A DNA stretch of 64,000 nt. Source: Octopus bimaculoides. Lineage: Eukaryota. The translations under genes were made by a program, and so were the position numbers. The notes under the pieces are model-generated. The model had not been told where the DNA came from and did no database searches. It worked only from the letters and a program-made list of their open reading frames with translations. Numbering within the stretch: the first letter of the stretch is position 1; every line of letters starts with the position of its first letter. Below, in pieces: positions 25,701 to 38,715 of this stretch. The stretch spans positions 1,130,659 through 1,194,658 of the forward strand of contig NC_068982.1 of NCBI RefSeq assembly GCF_001194135.2. Direction: 5' to 3'.

Positions 25701-26829
25701 GAACAGAAACAACCTGGACAGTGGAGAGAGTAAAATATGTTTAAACTATCAACTGCTCTTGATACAATTCATCACTTCACTGTTGGAATGCACACCATGG
25801 TCTTTATTTAAATTAATGTATATTATATCTAACTTGAGCAATGGATCTACGCATTGCTCGTATTCATTCGGTCAACATATCTGTATGTCATACTTAGATC
25901 TTAGCCAGAACTGAGCTGTAGTTATACAACAACGTTTAAAGTTGGTTTCACTGAATGTCTTGTTCTCAAATGCTGATGCACAACATTATTTTCGAATTTA
26001 AGTTTATTTTTCATGTAGTGGTTAGCCATTATTGTAATGACGTGTGTTTGCACTAAGGTATAGACAAAAAGATACTCCAACCGGTACCATTACTTAAATG
26101 AACCTTCCAACTATGTTATAAAACCCCAAAATGCGTTAAGTGTGAACGTAATTAGCAGAAAGGAAGATTAACTTTATTTGAAGTTAACAAAGAGAAAGAA
26201 TATTATTTTCATAGATGCGGCAAATGAATGTCGGGTAAAGGTTCGGAGAAAAAGTAGTTATTACAAAAGCCTGCTTCATAAACGATTATCGGACCAATTG
26301 AACGCCAGCAGAGATAAACAGACGAGAGTTTGCAGGTGATTCCCTCCATACGGGAGCGAGTAACGGAAGAGGAACCATTAAAAGCAGCGTGGAGACGACA
26401 GACAAAACCTCTAGATGTTGTCAGCTAGAAGCAAATTTTACTGATGGTAAAAACAGAATACCATCTGAATACGTGCCGAAGTTTTATGAGCCTTGGGCGA
26501 GTGCCTAGGCGAGAATGTATGTTGCAAGAACGGAAATTCAGGATACAACTAGAAAATGTTCTGCAAATATATGTGGAACTGATATGTATCGTAAATCAGT
26601 AGGGATTTTTTAGCAGACCAATTACTTGTTAGTACAATGCACACAATATCTTTCAAGACATTTCAAGTAACAAGATAATGATACGCACACTTTACCTTTG
26701 TCAGCCTCCTCATAAAATAAAGTCAGTGTCTGTTGGTTAGTCATCCCCAAGGTTGGTGATTTCCAGCTCGGAGTTCAAATAACTCAGAGAAAAGGAAAGG
26801 TATCAGTGTAATTATATCAGTGTGATTAT

Positions 26830-26872
<43 letters not shown>

Positions 26873-26882
26873 NNNNNNNNNN

Positions 26883-26934
<52 letters not shown>

Positions 26935-27464
26935 AAGGGAGAGAGAGAGAGAGAGAAAGAAAAAGAGAGGAGAAAAGAGATTAAGTCTTGGTTATCTAAT
27001 CTACACCGTTATTTAGTAGCTGAACGTTTTAATGCTTAACAATATGCGTCAATCGAAACTCATATTTATTAGCATTTTACTAGTTGTTCTTCATATATAT
27101 TACATCAATAGTCATGAGTAAGCTTACTGCATTTTTGTACTTGGTGGTGGTAGCGGCGGTTACAGATATTTGAATCGTTACTGCTCCCAGAATAGTGGAG
27201 CAATTCTTTCTCTTTTTTAAAGGCTGAAGCTAAATGTTGGCATCTCATTGGCAACGGTCCTACACCTGTTTTAGCAGACAATGCTAACTTAAGAACAAAA
27301 GCCAGTTGTTTATTTATTTTATAACTTTATGAAAAGAAGAGATGTTGTGTAAAAAACAATATGGCGTCGCAAACATCTTTCTACTTGTTTACACTTTGTT
27401 GCACTGATTCAACTGTCATTTTTCTAACTTATTGTCTGTCTTCACTTGCACATCATCGTCAACT

Positions 27465-28382
27465 TGTTCTTGTTCTTGTTCTTGTTGTTCTTGTTGTTGT
27501 TGTTGTTGTTCTTCTTCTTCTTCTTCTTCTTCTTCTTCTTCTTCTTCTTCTTCTTCTTCTTCTTCTTCTCCTCCTCCCCCTCCTTCTCCTCCTCCTTCTT
27601 CTTCTTCTTCTTCTTCTCCTCCTTCTCCTCCTCCTCCTCCTCCTCCTCCTTCTTCTTCNNNNNNNNNNNNNNNNNNNNNNNNNNNNNNNNNNNNNNNNNN
27701 NNNNNNNNNNNNNNNNNNNNNNNNNNNNNNNNNNNNNNNNNNNNNNNNNNNNNNNNNNNNNNNNNNNNNNNNNNNNNNNNNNNNNNNNNNNNNNNNNNNN
27801 NNNNNNNNNNNNNNNNNNNNNNNNNNNNNNNNNNNNNNNNNNNNNNNNNNNNNNNNNNNNNNNNNNNNNNNNNNNNNNNNNNNNNNNNNNNNNNNNNNNN
27901 NNNNNNNNNNNNNNNNNNNNNNNNNNNNNNNNNNNNNNNNNNNNNNNNNNNNNNNNNNNNNNNNNNNNNNNNNNNNNNNNNNNNNNNNNNNNNNNNNNNN
28001 NNNNNNNNNNNNNNNNNNNNNNNNNNNNNNNNNNNNNNNNNNNNNNNNNNNNNNNNNNNNNNNNNNNNNNNNNNNNNNNNNNNNNNNNNNNNNNNNNNNN
28101 NNNNNNNNNNNNNNNNNNNNNNNNNNNNNNNNNNNNNNNNNNNNNNNNNNNNNNNNNNNNNNNNNNNNNNNNNNNNNNNNNNNNNNNNNNNNNNNNNNNN
28201 NNNNNNNNNNNNNNNNNNNNNNNNNNNNNNNNNNNNNNNNNNNNNNNNNNNNNNNNNNNNNNNNNNNNNNNNNNNNNNNNNNNNNNNNNNNNNNNNNNNN
28301 NNNNNNNNNNNNNNCTTCTTCTTCTTCTTCTTCTTCTTCTTCTTCTTCTTCTTCTTCGTCTTCTTCTTCTTCTTCTTCTTCT

Positions 28383-28470
<88 letters not shown>
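27465..28470. repeat. Compound trinucleotide microsatellite (GTT/CTT/CCT, N gap, CTT/CTG/CTA)
   Basis: Directly visible; it contains an assembly gap of roughly 650 N. Confidence 0.97.
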
Positions 28471-28824
28471 ACTTTTTTTTCTTCGTTTCTTGTGATATTT
28501 TCTTCTAATAAGCCTTGTCAATTTTTCTCTCTTCTTTATCCTCATCTCTTCAATTTTTACACACAGTCCCTCTTCCCACTCTCTTCATTTTGTTACTTCA
28601 CGGTAGCCCGGTTTTCAAAGTATTAATTTGAACTTTTCTAACTTAGAAATTTCACGACAATGCATAAACTGAACAAGAGTTCTACTTGGCTTGATGCTCG
28701 TCTGATGAAGTGACACTTCAATAGAATCAACGGCAGATAATGTGTAACGTTTCACACAGAAACATTTACGTGGCGTGGGTTTAGAAACGGAGTGATACCG
28801 AAACGATTGAAATTAATAATAAAT

Positions 28825-29216
28825 TCCTTTTACTTTTTACTTGTTGCAATCTTTGGACCGTGGCCATGCTGGGGCACCGCCTTGAAAATTTTTCAGTCGA
28901 ATGAATCGAACCCAGTACTTGTGTTTTTTAAAAGTCTTGTACTAATTCTATCATCCTATTCTGCCGAACCGCTAATGTTACGGGGAAACAAACACATCAA
29001 CGCAGCTTGTCAAGAGGTTTTAGGAGAGAAACATAGACGCAAAGATACACACACGCGCGCGCGCACACATATATAAGACGGGCTTCGTTCAGTTTTCGTC
29101 TGCCAAGTCCACTCACAAGACTTTGGTCGGCTAGTTGCTGATGGTGCCACGCAGTGGGACTGAACCGGGAAGCATGTGGCTGGGAAGCAAGCTACTTAAT
29201 CATGCAACTACTCCTG

Positions 29217-29220
<4 letters not shown>
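28825..29220 (-). mobile_element. SINE family 2, full length, with a LINE-like 3' tail
   Basis: Same head and body as the 20270 copy; the tail reads GGCGGTGCCCCAGCATGGCCACGG...AACAAGTAAAAAG. Confidence 0.88.
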
Positions 29221-29278
<58 letters not shown>

Positions 29279-29737
29279 CATTTATATCTATGCATATATA
29301 TGTGTGTGTATATACACACACACACATTATATATATATATATATANNNNNNNNNNNNNNNNNNNNNNNNNNNNNNNNNNNNNNNNNNNNNNNNNNNNNNN
29401 NNNNNNNNNNNNNNNNNNNNNNNNNNNNNNNNNNNNNNNNNNNNNNNNNNNNNNNNNNNNNNNNNNNNNNNNNNNNNNNNNNNNNNNNNNNNNNNNNNNN
29501 NNNNNNNNNNNNNNNNNNNNNNNNNNNNNNNNNNNNNNNNNNNNNNNNNNNNNNNNNNNNNNNNNNNNNNNNNNNNNNNNNNNNNNNNNNNNNNNNNNNN
29601 NNNNNNNNNNNNNNNNNNNNNNNNNNNNNNNNNNNNNNNNNNNNNNNNNNNNNNNNNNNNNNNNNNNNNNNNNNNNNNNNNNNNNNNNNNNNNNNNNNNN
29701 NNNNNNNNNNNNNNNNNNNNNNNNNNNNNNNNNNNNN

Positions 29738-29787
<50 letters not shown>

Positions 29788-30456
29788 GGTCACTTTAAAT
29801 AAAACCCTTGATTCAATAATACTGTGTACAAACTCTATACTTGGAATGACCAATTTTAAAGACTATTGGATTTTACTCATAAGGTATTGGAATCTTATAT
29901 GTATACCATTCTGCCTAAATAATGGATCTACAAATACAATATCCCTGCATATTTCACATCTATTTTCGTTCCTTTAATTCACTCTCTATTTCTTATCTAA
30001 ACTAATTATTGCTCAACCATCTTCTCACTCCATCNNNNNNNNNNATCTAAACTAATTATTACTCAACCATCTTCTCACTCCATCTCCGATGAAGGGATAT
30101 AATAAATATCCTGGAAACAGCTGTAAGACATTTTATTTATAAATGTTCTAAAATCTACACAGCCTTGGCTTTTTTTTATCTCATTACAAAAAGTAAATCT
30201 TTATCGATGAGTTCATGAACCTTGGTTCTTTTCCCTAAAACTATATATATATGTGTGTTTATGTATGCATATGTGTATAGGATAATAAAACGAATGGTAA
30301 AGCACGGTGACTTTCATAGTTGTGTCTATTTATCACCCGATGAGATACATCCGTTGTTGTGTGTCCCACCGGTGAGGGATCGATGCTCGATGTCTCGAAG
30401 CAAATGTTGTGATTAATAATAGATTCTCGTATATTCCATCTTCCGTCTTTCATTTG

Positions 30457-30499
<43 letters not shown>

Positions 30500-31628
30500 C
30501 GTGTGTATACATATATATATACACACACACACATATGTATGTATGTAAATTAAAGTGCCAAACAAGTTTGTGACATATAAATAAATTTACTTGTGTATGT
30601 GCAATAAATATAGATTACGCCTCCCGCAGAAAAGAATGTTATTCTTCAAATAAAGATCCTATTATTGCAGACCGAACAAACTCGACTAATTTCGACGATA
30701 ATCAGGAAAAAATACTTTATGCAAACTATAGAGGGAGAAAATCGTTTACCACATTGGAATCCAGCATTGATTTTGCTTATTTGTATATCCATACACTTTC
30801 TTTAGCCTAGATGACCTAAACATTCCTGATAATGATAGCAAAGCAAACCAAGCATTTCTTTATGATGGTGAAAATGTTTTATCACGGATCTATTTGTTTA
30901 CACAGCACTGCTAAATGCACGAATTAAGGTTGCTCTTATAATTTGGCTTGTAACGCAATAAACAATCTGCTTCAGTACATTATTTACTATGCATTACCGA
31001 TAAATTTTTCTAATTTCTCATTTGATTTATTTCATATACTCAGTGCAGAGTAAACCTTAGTGTCTCCTTCTATTGTACTGAACATCAGTCCATGTTACCC
31101 GTTATATTAGAAACTTGTACACACGAATGGATGGCTAAGAACACTCTACTACATTTACACTATTGGCAGAGACACGCAGCATGAAATTGATTGTTTAAAG
31201 AAACGAGTGAGAAGAATATTAGTTTCATTCCAATACATTACGGTTTCGAGGCATTGCAAGCAGGGTTACTCGGATGTCGGTCTTCCAGATGGAAAATCCA
31301 TAGTTCATATATTGTTATTGGCATTAAGCTGGGTCCTGCACTCATAGTTAAAACAACACCTGCTCCACCTTATTGACACTCTGAAGATGATATTATACAA
31401 AGAAAACCCTAGGAATGAGTCGTTGCATCCGTGAAAAATTAAATATGTATTAATATCATCGATAGATTATTGGCAAACTGCTGGTATGTATTATGTTGGT
31501 GATCGACTGAAGAAAAATAAAGTTGGTACTTGCAGGATATCAAATCAGTGACGGCAATCTCCCCTCCGCATGCAACAATCTTGTGCAAGCAATCATCTTC
31601 TTCTTCTTCTTTCGCCCTCCTAACCCCG

Positions 31629-31697
<69 letters not shown>

Positions 31698-32195
31698 CCA
31701 ACAACACTGCAAGGAAATTAAAAATAAAAACGGAAATAAAAACAGCAGCAATGAGAACAAGAAAAAAAAACAAGTTAAATTGCCCTTTCAATCCATCTGC
31801 ATATTACACCTACGCCACCACCATCACCAATAACTTCAACACAATAAATAAACAACCGCGAGTCTACGGAATACAAATCTAGCGTTGGTTGGCTCGTCGA
31901 CGCCGTGCACCCGATAAAGGAAATCCAATCATCAATTCTAGAGTTAAAAGCGACAAAAAAAAAAAAAAAATTCAATAGGTCAGGACGAAACATAGTTTTA
32001 CACTTAGTAGAATTTGTCTGGTAAGGAACCAGCCTCAAAACTGATGTCTACAAAACCAGAGGAATAAGATAAAAAGGAATCATTATACGACCATAAACAC
32101 AATCAGTGAAAACCTAATGGGTCATATCCACCAAAATACAAGAATTGCACACAATAAGTACACCACATTGACGAATTGCATTCTAATTAGAAGAC

Positions 32196-32407
32196 GGCGA
32201 GCTGGCCGAATCGTTAGCACGCCGGGAGAGATGCTTAGCGGTAGTTCGTCTGTCTTTACGTTGTGAGTTCAAATTCCGCCGAGGTCGACTTTGCCTTTCA
32301 TCCATTTGGGGTCGATAAATTAAGTACCAGTTACGTACTGCGGTCGATCTAATCGACTGGCCTCCTCCCCCAAAGATTTCGGGCTTTGTGCTTACAGTAG
32401 AAAAGAA
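32196..32407 (+). mobile_element. SINE family 1, full-length copy
   Basis: ggcgagctggccgaatcgttagc...gagttcaaattccgccgaggtcgactttgcctttcatcc; a probable TSD gaattgcattc lies at 32173 and 32405. Confidence 0.9.
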
Positions 32408-32629
32408 TTGCATTCCACAATACAAAAGGCAAAAAAAAAAAGTCATTCAAATATCGTAACGCATAAATAGTAAAAAGTGAATACCCCAAAGGAGGAGAAG
32501 ACTTCTGGAGGGCTTTAGTAGAGGAATGTATAAAAACTATGTTCGTGGAAACACCCACGCGGAACATCTGCCCTACCACAGAAATAAGCTAGTTCATTCC
32601 AACATTAAAGTCAAAATTTACGATACAGA

Positions 32630-32965
32630 TGTAGGTGTGTGGTAAGTAGTTTGCTTTCCGACCACTTAGTTCCGGGTTCAGTCCCACTCTGTGGCACCTT
32701 GGGCAAGTGTCTCTACTATGGCTTTGGGCCAACCAAAGCCTTGGGAGTGGATTTGGTAGACGGAAACTGAAAGAATCCCGTTGTGTGTGTGTGTGAGAGA
32801 GAGAGATAGATAGATAGAGAAAGAAAGAGAGAGAGTATTTATGTCTGTATTCCTACCTTACCACTGCTTGACAGCAAGTTTTGGTGTGTTTATGTCCGAG
32901 TAACATAGCGGTTCGGCGAAAGAGCCCGATGCAAAATTCTTCAAGGTGGTGCCCCATCATTGGCT
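32630..32965 (+). mobile_element. SINE family 2 copy
   Basis: gggttcagtcccactctgtggcaccttgggcaagtgtc...aaggtggtgcccc. Confidence 0.88.
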
Positions 32966-33319
32966 ATTTTCAGTATATTTTGGATTACAGATAAAATGTG
33001 ACCTCATTTTTTCTTATAGTACAGAATTTGTTTCCACTATCGTTGGCTTCCAAACCGATTTGCTTCCTCATCAACTCACATGGGATATAAACTAGGGACC
33101 TTTCGTATTGTCTTTACTTTGATTTATTTTGGCGCTCTATTTTGTTTTCCTTTTTTTATGACTTTTTCTGTTAGATTTTCAAACTTTGTGCATTGCCTTC
33201 TAGCTCCTACTTCATTGATTTCTTGCTTACATATAAAAAAAATAAGAATTATTAAGATTTACTAAGTTTACTTCGTAATAATTCTTTTTACTAGAAGACC
33301 TGAAATGGTGGTGGTGGTG

Positions 33320-33500
33320 GTGGTGGGGGGGCGATAATCGATTCCACCGACCTCAGTACTTGACTGGTATTTATTTGATCGACACCGAAAGGATGGAAAG
33401 TAAAGTTGACCCCGGCAGAATTTGAAATCAGAAGTAAGACCGGAAGAAATACCGATAACCCTTTAGTCCGGCATGCTAACGACTCTACCAGCTCACCACG
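33320..33500 (-). mobile_element. SINE family 1 copy
   Basis: gaaaggatggaaagtaaagttgaccccggcagaatttgaa...gctaacgactctaccagctc. Confidence 0.8.
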
Positions 33501-34517
33501 TTGCGTCACTTTGTAATAAAACTCAACTTTTATCAAAACTCCTTCGCCCTAACTGTAGGGCACATATAATTAATCTGAATCGTACAAGGTGGACTTTTCT
33601 AGTTTACCTATGAAATGCATTTTAATTAGGCTGCAATTAAATGTGATGCTGGGGTAGTTTCGGATGGCATAGCTACTTCATTTATTAAGTATGGAATCAT
33701 GGTATTGAGTTCAGTTTTCTCCAAAGCCTGGAGCGTGTTTTTCTTAAAATAATAATTGGAGAACTTAGTGAGATGAAACATATTAAGAAGCTATACAGAC
33801 CATACCGGAGCTCACAACGTTACAAGCAACAGAAATCCACCACAAGACATTTTGAAATCAGGGCCAGAATTCAAGCAGTAAACTCTCTGCACACAACACT
33901 TACCCTGGTATAAAAACCACCTAATAATACAACTCATGCAGCACATATACTCTACATAATTTAGACCCGGCACTGAAATAATCTTGCAATCACTCAGTAT
34001 TTACAAAACACAAACACCACCTAACAAATTACACAAAAAATACCGCAAATTACATTGAAGATAATTCAATTACCAGATGATACTAAACATAATATCTAAA
34101 ACCGAAAAACAGATCTCACAGTGATGCAAAACTGATGCCGGATATGATTTTACATTTCCAGAAGTCAATGCTAGGCACAACACAGTGACACGGAGATGTG
34201 CTTGGTGGTGCTGCAAAAGCTTTCGCAAATCTAGATAAGGCGTGATGGTGACGAGGATGTCAACGACAATAGTTCTTCTAATTTTCGCATCAACCTTATT
34301 AATTATTATATATANNNNNNNNNNNNNNNNNNNNNNNNNNNNNNNNNNNNNNNNNNNNNNNNNNNNNNNNNNNNNNNNNNNNNNNNNNNNNNNNNNNNNN
34401 NNNNNNNNNNNNNNNNNNNNNNNNNNNNNNNNNNNAGAGAAATGAGTAGAGAAAGAGGGAGAGACAGAGAATAAGAGACGTGTGTGTGTGTTTGGTACAC
34501 GTCTAGCTAGCTAACTA

Positions 34518-34567
<50 letters not shown>

Positions 34568-35261
34568 CTGGCCAAAGCCTTATGAATGGTCTTGGTAGAC
34601 CAAAACCGACAAAAGCCAGACGTATATATGTGCGTGTATGTATGTATGAATGTGTGTACGTATGCCTGTGTGTGTATATGTTTGTATGTATGTATAAGTA
34701 TATACCCCCCACCTTTCATCACCGTTGCTTCTTTTGCCTTTTCTCTTGAAGTTGTTCTTATTTTCATTGTTTGGGATTTCTTTCGTTTTTCTTCCATCTC
34801 CCTCGGGAATTCGTTGAAAAGCTTTTTTCATTTACTTTTTTCGTTTCTTTTAAATTTATTTACGCCATACCCTCGTATTTTTTTCATTGTCTGGCTTGAA
34901 ATTTTCAGTTAACACCTTAGCCAAAGTAAATAGATGGCTCATCTATGTAGTTTGATCCTAACATGGGCCCCCTCAACTGCGGAGGCCCCTTGCGACCGCA
35001 GGGGTTGTTGGGGCTTAGCGACGGCCCTGCGACAACTTATTGAGAAGAGCATTGTCGCTGTAAGAACGATTACCACCCGTCTATTTTTCTCGCATAATTT
35101 CATTTTATGTTGAAAATGGGCAACCTAGCGTGTTTAGTTTAATGGCCTATTAATGTGTACAGTGAGTTCCTTTGCCCTTGGTGTCGGGAAGACACACTGG
35201 AAAAGGTGGATACACAATTCAAAGAAGAAAAACTAATAAGAACAGCAATATCAACAATTGT

Positions 35262-35680
35262 TTAAAATTCTGACAAAAGGCGCAGCAAATTTTAGAGAGA
35301 AGGATAGTCGACTACATCAGCTCTAGTACTTAACTAATGTTGTATTTTCTCGACCCTGCATGGAGGAAAAGCAATGGCGACTTCGGTGGGTTTTAAGCTT
35401 AAAATGTAGAGTCAGAAGAAATGCTATTTAATCTTTTGTTTAGCGCGTTGACGATTCTGTCATTAATAATAATGACAATAGCACTTTGTAATAGGGTACA
35501 AGGCCTGAAATTTTGGGACAGGTGGGTAATCGATTACTTCGATCCCAGTGAAGTGCTCACTAGTGCCTATTTTTTTGACCCCGATAGGATAAATGGTAAA
35601 GTCAACCTCAGTAACATTTGAACTCAGAATATAAAAACGAAGTGATGCTAAGCCGTTTGTCTGACACACCAGCAATTCTG
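35262..35680 (-). mobile_element. Two adjacent degraded SINE family 1 copies
   Basis: Two successive matches to the family (about 35262-35455 and 35480-35680), followed by a (TGA)n array to 35750. Confidence 0.7.
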
Positions 35681-35689
35681 CCAATAATA

Positions 35690-35755
<66 letters not shown>

Positions 35756-36399
35756 AGCTAATTCACATCAGAAAATTATTTTGATAGAGAATGTTTCATT
35801 TATATATGCATATATATATATATATTATTTTTGCTTGTTTCCTCTGAATTCTACGATTAGATCTGTTGATTTGTGAGGAAATATAACTTTGGTGGAAGTA
35901 TTTTCAGAATGTAGGGAAAGGAATCTTTCTTATATCAGATGTCATATATTTTGACGTATTTCATAGCTTGTGTAGTGTTTTTCGCTGACATCGTAGGAAG
36001 CTAGAGCAGTAATTTCTGTTGAATATCCGGTTTTAATTCAAATCCCGCCAAGATAACATAAATGGGTATAATTCTTGTGCACCTCAATAATTAATTTTAC
36101 GTTATGTGTTAGACTATATTTGCGCTGCATAAAATTTCATCTGGTACTTAACAGGTAGCATCCTCAATTGTGTTATATCGGAATCACTGTTGTTGATGAG
36201 GAAGGACATGGATAAAGAGAGTAACAGATTTTGGTAGATTTAAATGAAAAAGTCTGACTAATGATCAAGACTCGTTCTCCCTGCTAGTCTCCTCGACTTC
36301 ATACATGAACAATATCAACCCCATTGTCTCAGACACCTTCGAACTCGAATGCCTTGGGTAGAATGCCCCAAGTTCGTACATGAGGAATATAAGAAATGG

Positions 36400-36965
36400 A
36401 GGCACGACTAGGCTGTAAAAGTTTTACACCGAAAACTGTGCCAGAAATAGGGGACAATCATCGAATCGAAAGAGTACTGGAATCAGAGAAATGTAAGCTT
36501 TTGTGGGACTTTCCTATTCAAACGGACAAGAAGTTAGAAAATAATAGACCAGACATAACGGTTATAGGAAAAGCGAAGTTGCTTACTTATCGAACCATCA
36601 TGCTCGTTTGATTCCAGGATCGTAAAGGAAGCAAAAATTACCATCTCTTAAAGTTTAAGATAAGACGAATTTGGAACATGCAAACAGTAAAAGTTGTGCC
36701 TATAATAATTGGTGCGCTGAGAACAGTAAGCCAAGATATAGACAAATGGTTGAAGGAGATTGAAGTAGAATGCCTGGTAGAGCTCTTACAAAAAGTTTGT
36801 CTCTTAGGGACATCAAGGATTATCAGGCGGGTTCTAAACACTTGAAAGACTGCTGAAAACTTGTAAATACAAAAGGTTACAGGTAGTAACCCGCTATCCA
36901 CGTAATTCCTACCAGGAACCTGAGCCAAACCAAAAATAATAATGATAATGATTATAATAATAATA
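36400..36965 (+). mobile_element. R4/Dong-type LINE 3' fragment (second subfamily) ending in a (TAA)n-rich tail
   Basis: Peptides LLWDFPIQTDKKLENNRPDI, VVPIIIGAL and LLQKVCLLGTSRIIRRVL*, followed by ataataatgataatgattataataataataa. Confidence 0.85.
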
Positions 36966-38674
36966 AATGTGCATTTTCTCTTATTTGTTACTTCAACAAT
37001 TTTACAATGGTTAGTTTTCTTTTACGTAAAGATAGTATTATAGTTATTGCAAATGTTTTTGTTTCTTTGTGGATCATTGGTTTGTAGCACCCAGATGAAG
37101 CAGTTGAATTTTCGGTCTCAGATACCTTTAATAAATGTGACAATTGTTGTTGTCGATTTTGTTTTTGGCGGGTGAAAAGATGCGTCTTCAATGAATTATT
37201 GAACATTGCTTGTTATGTTATTTCTGTTCATTTGTTACTTCATTCTCCATTTACTGCTTTTGAAAATCCATCAGAGAAAATCCATCAGAGATTCTGTAAA
37301 TATTCTGATCAATAAACCTGAAAAATTCATTTTCCATTAGGTGCAGGATATGACAAGTCTTTGCTCTCAGTGTTGATGGATTTCATCAAAAGAAACACAG
37401 AAACGAACTGTCGTCAAAATAATGCGATAAATTAAGTTGAAATATTAAAACAGATTTTGACAAAACTTCTAATTTCATATTATAATTGAATTAATTTAGA
37501 ATATACATTTCTATAGTCTAGATAAATATAAGTTTTTAAATTTTCTAGAGAATACAAACGTATATTCTAGTACAGATTAGAATATACGTCTGTTTACAAA
37601 AAATACCAAAGAATTTAGTACTAATTGTTTAGAGTCTAATTTCAAATACTGTTCGTATTTTACGTGTTTTGCCAGTGCGGTTCGAGGAATCGTAATGTGT
37701 GATGTATTAATGTAATTCTAAAGTTTAGAACTACAAATTGGAGAGGAAAAGGAAAAAAATTATTTTGAATCTAAACGATTCAAATTTTCTTCCATAATTT
37801 GTTGTCAGGGTTCCAATATGATGAATACTAATATACGATGGTAAATATAATCTACACTTTAAAACTGCGAGTTTTAAGCTCTTAAATCTAAAACATAAGG
37901 AAAACAGTGTTTTAATGGTTGCCGCCTTCCCTTATTTACTTATCTTCGAATCTTGGACTTTGTTCATCATAAAAACATCAATGTGGCAATAGGTTATCAG
38001 GTCTTATTTACTTTGTTTAAATTCAATTAAAAGGGAAATGAAGTGGAATAAAGGAATCAAGAGGAAATCGAAGTAAATCGTGTCTAGTTAACCAACAACG
38101 CTTATTATTTTATTGACAGAATATGACCCTATGAATCTCGTTGACGTCATTGCAGAACCATAAACAAAACAATATTGCTCATTGAAATAAAGTGATCAGA
38201 GATAAATTCGTTGAGAAATATTTATATAATATAAAACGCCAACTTCGGAAAGAGAAAACATAGACTTCATAATAAAGAAGAACAGACTTAAAAAGTTTTC
38301 ACGGTCGACATCTTCATCCATTTGGTCAGACAAATTGAATTTTATTCTAATATCCCATTGAATGAATAAAGAAATAGTAAAACATTGAAATATAATATGT
38401 AAAAGATGCGCCAGTGCAGATATTGATTACTTATAATATATTGATTAATTCTTAGCATACATTCTGCATATATTCTTCATGCATTTAGACATAAATCCAC
38501 CCGCTAAACTTGGCAGCATATTTAACAAATGCAATGTTGCTTGGAATCATGCTGTTATACATATACAAATGAAGTTGTATTGATCATTACTTTTCGCATC
38601 TACTCCTATATGCATTCGCACAGACATACACATGCATACATGCACACACAAACGCACACACACAGATACCTAAT

Positions 38675-38715
<41 letters not shown>

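Noticed and set aside
27361-28626. Long ORFs in the track (e.g. 421 aa at 27361, 378 aa at 41216, 318 aa at 44908)
   Set aside because: They run through N gaps and microsatellites. Only the end of the 41216 ORF (the 42107-42316 exon) is real coding sequence.
28702-28720. CTGATGA overlapping the hairpin TGAAGTG-A-CACTTCA
   Set aside because: No GAAA or NUH follows, so it is not a hammerhead.
37205-37340. Hydrophobic reading LLVMLFLFICYFILHLLLLK as a TM5 candidate
   Set aside because: It lacks the TM5 proline, has a stop immediately upstream and no phase-0 donor; it is explained by T-rich composition.
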